IMG/VR virus record: IMGVR_UViG_3300017971_000033
Direction: 5' to 3' (one strand)
Source: a virus
DNA length: 64,000 nucleotides
Under the pieces are notes generated by a model. It ran no database searches, had not been told where the DNA came from, and worked only from the letters and a program-made list of their open reading frames with translations. A program made the position numbers and the translations under genes. Positions within the stretch are counted from its first letter, which is position 1. The number at the start of each line of letters is the position of its first letter. Of this stretch, positions 59,279 to 64,000 are shown in pieces.

Positions 59279-59674
59279 ATGGATCTTAATTCGTTCAAGA
59301 CTGACCTCAACAAAGTTGAGGATGGCGTATGGGTCGATGTAGGCGACGGCCGTCTTTTGATTGCCAGATTTGGCAACAAAAAGTTTCAGCGGTACCTGCA
59401 AACACTCATGGCGCCATACAAGCGCATGCAAGGCAGCGAGGAGCAAAAAGACGCGATTGCCGAAAAGCAGTTGATAAAGGCAATTGCAAAGTATGTGGTT
59501 CTTGGTTGGGAGGGGATGGTTCTTGACGGTCAGGAGCTGGATTACAGCGAGCAGTCTGTCATTGATATTCTTTCCAACCCGCAATTCGTTGACTTCCGCA
59601 ACTGGATTGTCACTACCGCACAAGATGGCGATTTGTTCCGGGCGCAGGAGGTTGAAGGGGTTGTGGGGGAGTAA
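59279..59674 (+). CDS. tail assembly chaperone (G-like)
   Basis: Position immediately upstream of the tape measure, and its size. GAGAGGA upstream. Confidence 0.75.
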   Translation: MDLNSFKTDLNKVEDGVWVDVGDGRLLIARFGNKKFQRYLQTLMAPYKRMQGSEEQKDAIAEKQLIKAIAKYVVLGWEGMVLDGQELDYSEQSVIDILSNPQFVDFRNWIVTTAQDGDLFRAQEVEGVVGE

Positions 59675-60009
59675 TAGGCTGGTTTGAATGGAATGTTGAA
59701 TGGGGGAAATATGAGGAGTTCTTGCAGGATGTCGAGAAGTCCACTGGCAAGGCACCTCAGGCACTCCAGAACAAACCAGATTATCCATCGGAGCACGGAG
59801 AATATCTTGAAGCGTTTGACTTACTATCGAGGGGAAGGAGGCAAGGATTTGGCGTAGGGTTTATCCCGCTTTCGGAGATAGAAGTTTATTGCCGAATGTT
59901 TGACGTTGTTGATGTCGAGTTGTTTGTGCGGGTTATTGTTGAACTTGACTCGGTATTCATGCAACACATCGAAAGGCTGAGAAAAGAACGGGAGCGGAAG
60001 CATGGCTGA
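59279..60009 (+). CDS. tail assembly chaperone frameshift product (GT-like; -1 shift near 59663-59669)
   Basis: The -1 frame is open from 59656 to 60009 with no credible own start. A G-run gtggggga lies just before the G stop. The end overlaps the tape-measure start. Confidence 0.55.
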
Positions 60010-63000
60010 CATACGCGCAATTGGAATCGGGCTTGACGCCAGCAACTTTAGCAAGGGCGTAGACCAAGTTGACAGCGGTCTTGACCGGTTAGCCCGTAAC
60101 ACCAATCAAAAAACCGGGAAGATCTCCCGGAGCTTCAAGGATCTCGCAAAATCATTGAACCCGCTTCGCGGTGGCATCCAGTCACTGGTCGCGGGTATTT
60201 CTTTCGGTGCAGTAATCAAGAACGCATCGAACTTCCAAGCCAAGATCGCCGAAGTCAAGACGCTGGTGGATGACACCAGTCAGATTGACAATATGACCAG
60301 CTCATTGCGCGACCTCGCTGTTGAGTTCGGGCAGTCTCCGGTTGGTCAGGCGGCATCGACTTACGACATCTTTTCTGCTGGCGCGGCCAATGCAGCCGAA
60401 GCGCTTGACACATTAACCGCGGCGAACAAGCTGGCGGTCGGTGGTGTCACGGATGTTGCCACGGCAACTGGCGGCTTAACTTCGTTTCTTAATGCCTATG
60501 CAGAAGATGGTTTGTCGGCAACTGAGATTAGCGACAGTTTATTTGTCGCAATGCGCGCCGGTAAGACGACTATCGGCGAGTTATCAACAACGCTCGGTAA
60601 GGTTGCGCCGTTAGCGGTTGCGGTTGGCGTGTCCTTTGACGAGCTAACTTCGAGTATTGCCGCACTGACAAAGGGCGGTATCACAACGAAAGAATCTGTC
60701 ACGGGTGTCCGCGCCATCCTCGCTGCGGTAGCCAAGCCTACCAGTGAAGCGGTTGAGCAAGCTGAAAAGCTGGGACTGGAATTTAATGCGGCCGCGATCG
60801 AGGCGAAAGGCTTTCAAGGATTCCTCAAGGATGTTGTTGACGCGACTGGCGGCAGCAATGAAGCACTCGCTCAGTTGTTCGGTGGCGTCGAGGCATTAAT
60901 CCCGATCATGGCATTGGCCGGTCAAGCTGGTGTTGATATGAATGACATCCTTGACCAAATGGCGATGAAGGGCGGCGCGACAGAGGAAGCCGTCACAAAG
61001 ATCCGGGAATCTTTTGACTTTAAGCTGGGGCAGTTCACCGCGGCCTTCTCTGCGTTCACCATTGAGCTCGGTGGTGCATTGCTTCCCGCGTTGACTGCTG
61101 TGGCAGAGGCCGGCACGGCATTGATCTCTGTGATCCGCGGATTAAGCGATGAGTTTGCCTTGCTGGCGAAACTGGTTGTCATCGGTGGTGCGTTATCTAT
61201 CGCCATGAAAACCTATCCGCTCTTGCTGACCGCATACGGTGCTGCTGCACTTGCTGCGACCAAGGCAACCTTCTCGTTTGCCGCTGCTCAAACCTTCCTG
61301 CTTGGTACCTTCGCCAAAGTCCGCGGCGGTATTGGCCCGACGATCAAATCTTTCGGCCTGATTAACACGGCAATGGCTGGTGTTGCTGCGGCTGCTGCTG
61401 GTTGGCAGTTCGGGACGTACCTCCGGGAGAAGTTCTTGGAGGTTCGGCTATTCGGAATTGCAATGGTAGAAGGGTTAATCGTTTCATGGGAGCGGTTGAA
61501 AGGTGCATGGCGCGCAGTCAAGGCCGTGTTCGCGCTTAACTTCGACGAAGTGAAAACAATCGCCTTCGAGACCGAGCAAGCTGTCAAGAAGATCCAAAAG
61601 GATTTCAGCGACCTTGCTGACGCGGAAATAGAAGCCGAAGCAAGGATCACTGTCACGAAGCCGGATAGCTTGAGTGGAGGAGCGCAACCGGAAATCCCGG
61701 AACCGCCGCCTGCTGGCCCTTCGCCGATCTCTGACGAGGTAAAGACCGCGCAAGACGCCATCAATAGTCTGCTCCAGCAGTATCAGAAGGAAGCCGCGCT
61801 TGCCTCGGACGCTACCGAGATGCAGCGTGTCCAGTATGAATTGCTGAACGGTGAACTTGCCAAGGCTAACGGATTCAGGAATGAGGAACTGCTGACTGCT
61901 GCCGCGCAGGTGGATCAGATCCGTGCCGTGCGCGATGCCGACAAGGTGCTTGAGGGTTACTCCAAGACGCTGGCGCTTTCGTCCGACAATTCCGAGGAAG
62001 CGCGGATCCGCTATGAGTTGCTCGCCGGTTCTTTGAAGAACCTCGGGGATGAAGCAAAGAAGGTCGAACTGATCGATGCGGCCATGCTGCAAGATCAGAA
62101 CAAGCTGGTCATGGACGCGACCACGCTGATTAAGAACATGACAACGCAGGTGGAGACCGCGGGCTTTACCACGCGCGAGCAAGCTGTCGCTTATGAGTTT
62201 GCCAGCGGCCGACTTGCCGGACTCAATGATGAATTCGGAAACCTCGAGGAGCAGGCGCTTGATGCGGCTCGTGCCTTGGATCAAATCAACTTGCAGAAAG
62301 AGGGCGATGCGCTGACGCAGGCGATTGACCCTGCTGCGCGTTATGCAGCCGCAATCGAACGGCTGAACCGGTTGCGCGATGCTGGCGTGATTTCCGCGGA
62401 GACCTACAGCGAGGCCGTGTGGAATGAGACCAAGCGCAGCAACGAGGCGATTGGTGTATTCCGGGATTCCTTCGCGGATTTCTTCGGGGATATTCGGGAA
62501 GGTACCATGTCGGTCTCGGATGCCTTCGGGGCGATGGCCGACAATATCCTTGACAGGCTTTTCCAGTTGTCAGCCGAAGCCGCGGCTGATGACCTTGCTC
62601 AGCTCCTCTTCTCCGGGGCGGCGCCGGCTCCCGGGGATTCGGTCGGCCTTTCCGGGATATTCGGCCAGTTCACAGGGGCCGGTGGCGAGTCTGGGGCTCC
62701 TGTGGGGCCGTCTGGGGCGCTTTCCGACATTACCCCTTCTAATCCCCTTCCGGTGCAAGAGGTCAGTCCCGTGGAGTCTTTAGGGGCCGCAGGGGACCTG
62801 CTTGGGGGATTCGGTGGCGAGAATGGCGATCAGGAGGCCGCACAAGCCACACAGGAGGCGATAAAGACCGGCTATGAAAACGTATTCACGGAAACCGAAG
62901 CGGCCTCACAAGGCCTCTGGAGCCGTCTGGGGGCGGGCTGGGATGGATTGCTGGATTCCTTCGGCAGCGGCTTCTCCCGGATCACCGAGACCATAAGCGG

Positions 63001-63601
63001 CTTGTTTTCCTCCGGGGGAGCTGGCGCCTCGACTGGCGGCGCTGGTGGATCCGCGGGGGGATTTTCCCAGCTAGCCACAATGGCTTTGTCATTCTTTGCC
63101 GCTCATGGCGCCGTGGCGAATATCGGCAACGGCCATGCTGATGTCATGCGCTTTGCCAGTGGTGGCAGTTTCCGCGTTGGTGGATCTGGCGGGATAGACT
63201 CTCAGCTTGTCAGCATGAAGGCTGACCCCGGGAGTCTTGTCACGATTACTCGTCCCGAGCAAAAGTCCCGGATGAAGGGTTATGCCCACGGCGGGAAGGT
63301 TGCTACCCAAAACGGGTATCTGTCTTTTCTTGCCAGCCCGAATGAGCAAGTTGATATTCACACCCCGCGCTTTGCCAGCGGCGGCGCTATCGGTTCGCTC
63401 AATATGTTCTCGGATCTTCCGGGAGGCCAGCCGTCAACACCGCAGAAATCCAGCGAGGAAGGTGCAACAACGCAGCAGTCCTATACCGTCAACAATACTT
63501 TCGTCTTACCGAAAGACGGCAATGTGTCGAAATCATCGCAGCAGCAGATTGCTAGCAAAGCTAGTGGATCACTTGCCGCCGCTCAGCGGAGACTACAGTA
63601 A
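60002..63601 (+). CDS. tail tape measure protein
   Basis: 1199 aa, Ala/Gly-rich and helical with hydrophobic central segments. Position after G/GT. Confidence 0.9.
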   Translation: MADIRAIGIGLDASNFSKGVDQVDSGLDRLARNTNQKTGKISRSFKDLAKSLNPLRGGIQSLVAGISFGAVIKNASNFQAKIAEVKTLVDDTSQIDNMTSSLRDLAVEFGQSPVGQAASTYDIFSAGAANAAEALDTLTAANKLAVGGVTDVATATGGLTSFLNAYAEDGLSATEISDSLFVAMRAGKTTIGELSTTLGKVAPLAVAVGVSFDELTSSIAALTKGGITTKESVTGVRAILAAVAKPTSEAVEQAEKLGLEFNAAAIEAKGFQGFLKDVVDATGGSNEALAQLFGGVEALIPIMALAGQAGVDMNDILDQMAMKGGATEEAVTKIRESFDFKLGQFTAAFSAFTIELGGALLPALTAVAEAGTALISVIRGLSDEFALLAKLVVIGGALSIAMKTYPLLLTAYGAAALAATKATFSFAAAQTFLLGTFAKVRGGIGPTIKSFGLINTAMAGVAAAAAGWQFGTYLREKFLEVRLFGIAMVEGLIVSWERLKGAWRAVKAVFALNFDEVKTIAFETEQAVKKIQKDFSDLADAEIEAEARITVTKPDSLSGGAQPEIPEPPPAGPSPISDEVKTAQDAINSLLQQYQKEAALASDATEMQRVQYELLNGELAKANGFRNEELLTAAAQVDQIRAVRDADKVLEGYSKTLALSSDNSEEARIRYELLAGSLKNLGDEAKKVELIDAAMLQDQNKLVMDATTLIKNMTTQVETAGFTTREQAVAYEFASGRLAGLNDEFGNLEEQALDAARALDQINLQKEGDALTQAIDPAARYAAAIERLNRLRDAGVISAETYSEAVWNETKRSNEAIGVFRDSFADFFGDIREGTMSVSDAFGAMADNILDRLFQLSAEAAADDLAQLLFSGAAPAPGDSVGLSGIFGQFTGAGGESGAPVGPSGALSDITPSNPLPVQEVSPVESLGAAGDLLGGFGGENGDQEAAQATQEAIKTGYENVFTETEAASQGLWSRLGAGWDGLLDSFGSGFSRITETISGLFSSGGAGASTGGAGGSAGGFSQLATMALSFFAAHGAVANIGNGHADVMRFASGGSFRVGGSGGIDSQLVSMKADPGSLVTITRPEQKSRMKGYAHGGKVATQNGYLSFLASPNEQVDIHTPRFASGGAIGSLNMFSDLPGGQPSTPQKSSEEGATTQQSYTVNNTFVLPKDGNVSKSSQQQIASKASGSLAAAQRRLQ

Positions 63602-64000
63602 TGGCTTTCTACGATACCAACTTCCCGGATGATATAAGCTACGGTTCCCGAGGCGGTCCGAGGTTCGACACAACTGTTATCAAACTCCGCTCCGGTCACC
63701 AACAGCGTAACGCTAATTGGGAATACCCGTTGCATGAATACGATGTGGCTTACGGGATTCGGAATAATACGCAGCTAGGTGCAGTGCGGAATTTCTTTTT
63801 GGCGATGCTCGGTCGCGCCCATTCGTTTCGTTTCAAGGATTGGGGTGATTACAAGAGCACGATTGGCGCAAGCACAACGGCAGCGACCGATCAGCGGGTA
63901 AGCGTTGCCGGTACCTCAACGACTGGCAGCTATTGGCAATTGCAGAAGGTATACACCATCAGCAGCGCCGTCTTTACCCGCACGATCACGAAGCCGGTAA
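63601..64000 (+). CDS. distal tail protein, DUF2460 / GTA orfg12-like (5' part; continues past the window)
   Basis: MAFYDTNFPDDISYGSRGGPRFDTTVIKLRSGHQQRNANWEYPLHEYDVAYGIR...FRFKDWGDYKS parallels the DUF2460 N-terminus known from the Rhodobacter GTA and related phages. Confidence 0.8.
   Translation, partial: MAFYDTNFPDDISYGSRGGPRFDTTVIKLRSGHQQRNANWEYPLHEYDVAYGIRNNTQLGAVRNFFLAMLGRAHSFRFKDWGDYKSTIGASTTAATDQRVSVAGTSTTGSYWQLQKVYTISSAVFTRTITKPV

Noticed and set aside
61484-62284. 266-aa minus-strand ORF inside the tape measure gene
   Set aside because: It is an antisense shadow ORF, rich in L/R/G, with no coupling to any minus-strand gene in this arm.
1-64000. Search by eye for tRNA/tmRNA genes, rRNA, CRISPR arrays, IS elements or transposases, integrase, reverse transcriptase (DGR or retron) and endolysin
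   Set aside because: I recognised none. No T-loop GGTTCGAATCC-type motif appears in the intergenic regions, and no recombinase, RT or muramidase motifs appear in the translations. An endolysin or lysogeny module may lie outside the window.

Overview
This window is most of a tailed dsDNA phage or prophage genome. It has the gene order and signatures of a siphovirus with a P22-type coat family and a GTA-like distal tail gene. Two divergent transcription units meet at about 17.9-18.8 kb. The leftward arm (about 17871 down to 1781, minus strand) holds roughly 50 tightly coupled small early genes. Those I can name are a PD-(D/E)XK exonuclease, an SSB-like protein ending in DDDIPF, a DUF932 protein, a KdsB-like cytidylyltransferase, an Rmf-like protein, a secreted beta-barrel-like protein and a Gly/Tyr repeat protein. 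The rightward arm (18840 to the window end, plus strand) runs in this order: Cro-like HTH, Ref-like HNH, replication initiator with internal iterons, lambda-P-like loader, MazG-like protein, nucleases, ParB-like protein plus C5 DNA methyltransferase, small and large terminase, and portal. Then comes an unusual block of about 12 kb of large Ser/Thr/Ala-rich fibre or beta-helix-like proteins, followed by a MuF-HExxH fusion, a DUF115/Maf-like protein, scaffold and coat. After the coat gene sits an island of about 8 kb of sugar-modifying enzymes (Gmd, two methyltransferases, glycosyltransferase-like proteins, a PhyH dioxygenase, a sulfotransferase and a Tat-signal protein). The arm ends with head-tail joining genes, tail tube, G/GT chaperone, tape measure and a DUF2460 distal tail protein. 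Positions 1-1800 carry a few plus-strand genes that look like the far end of the rightward unit. I found no tRNA, rRNA, CRISPR array, transposase or integrase. The observations most worth follow-up are these. (1) An ORF-free, hairpin-dense region of about 0.97 kb between the divergent units may encode a large structured RNA. (2) The glycan-modification toolkit is embedded in the morphogenesis operon. (3) A promoter-to-terminator small-RNA cassette lies antisense in the early arm. (4) A 16-bp palindromic core is repeated exactly three times. (5) Several odd proteins stand out: the GY-repeat protein, the beta-barrel protein with a Gly/Asp tail, and the MuF-metallopeptidase fusion. All functional calls rest on motifs I recognised by eye in the translations. 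No database search was run.
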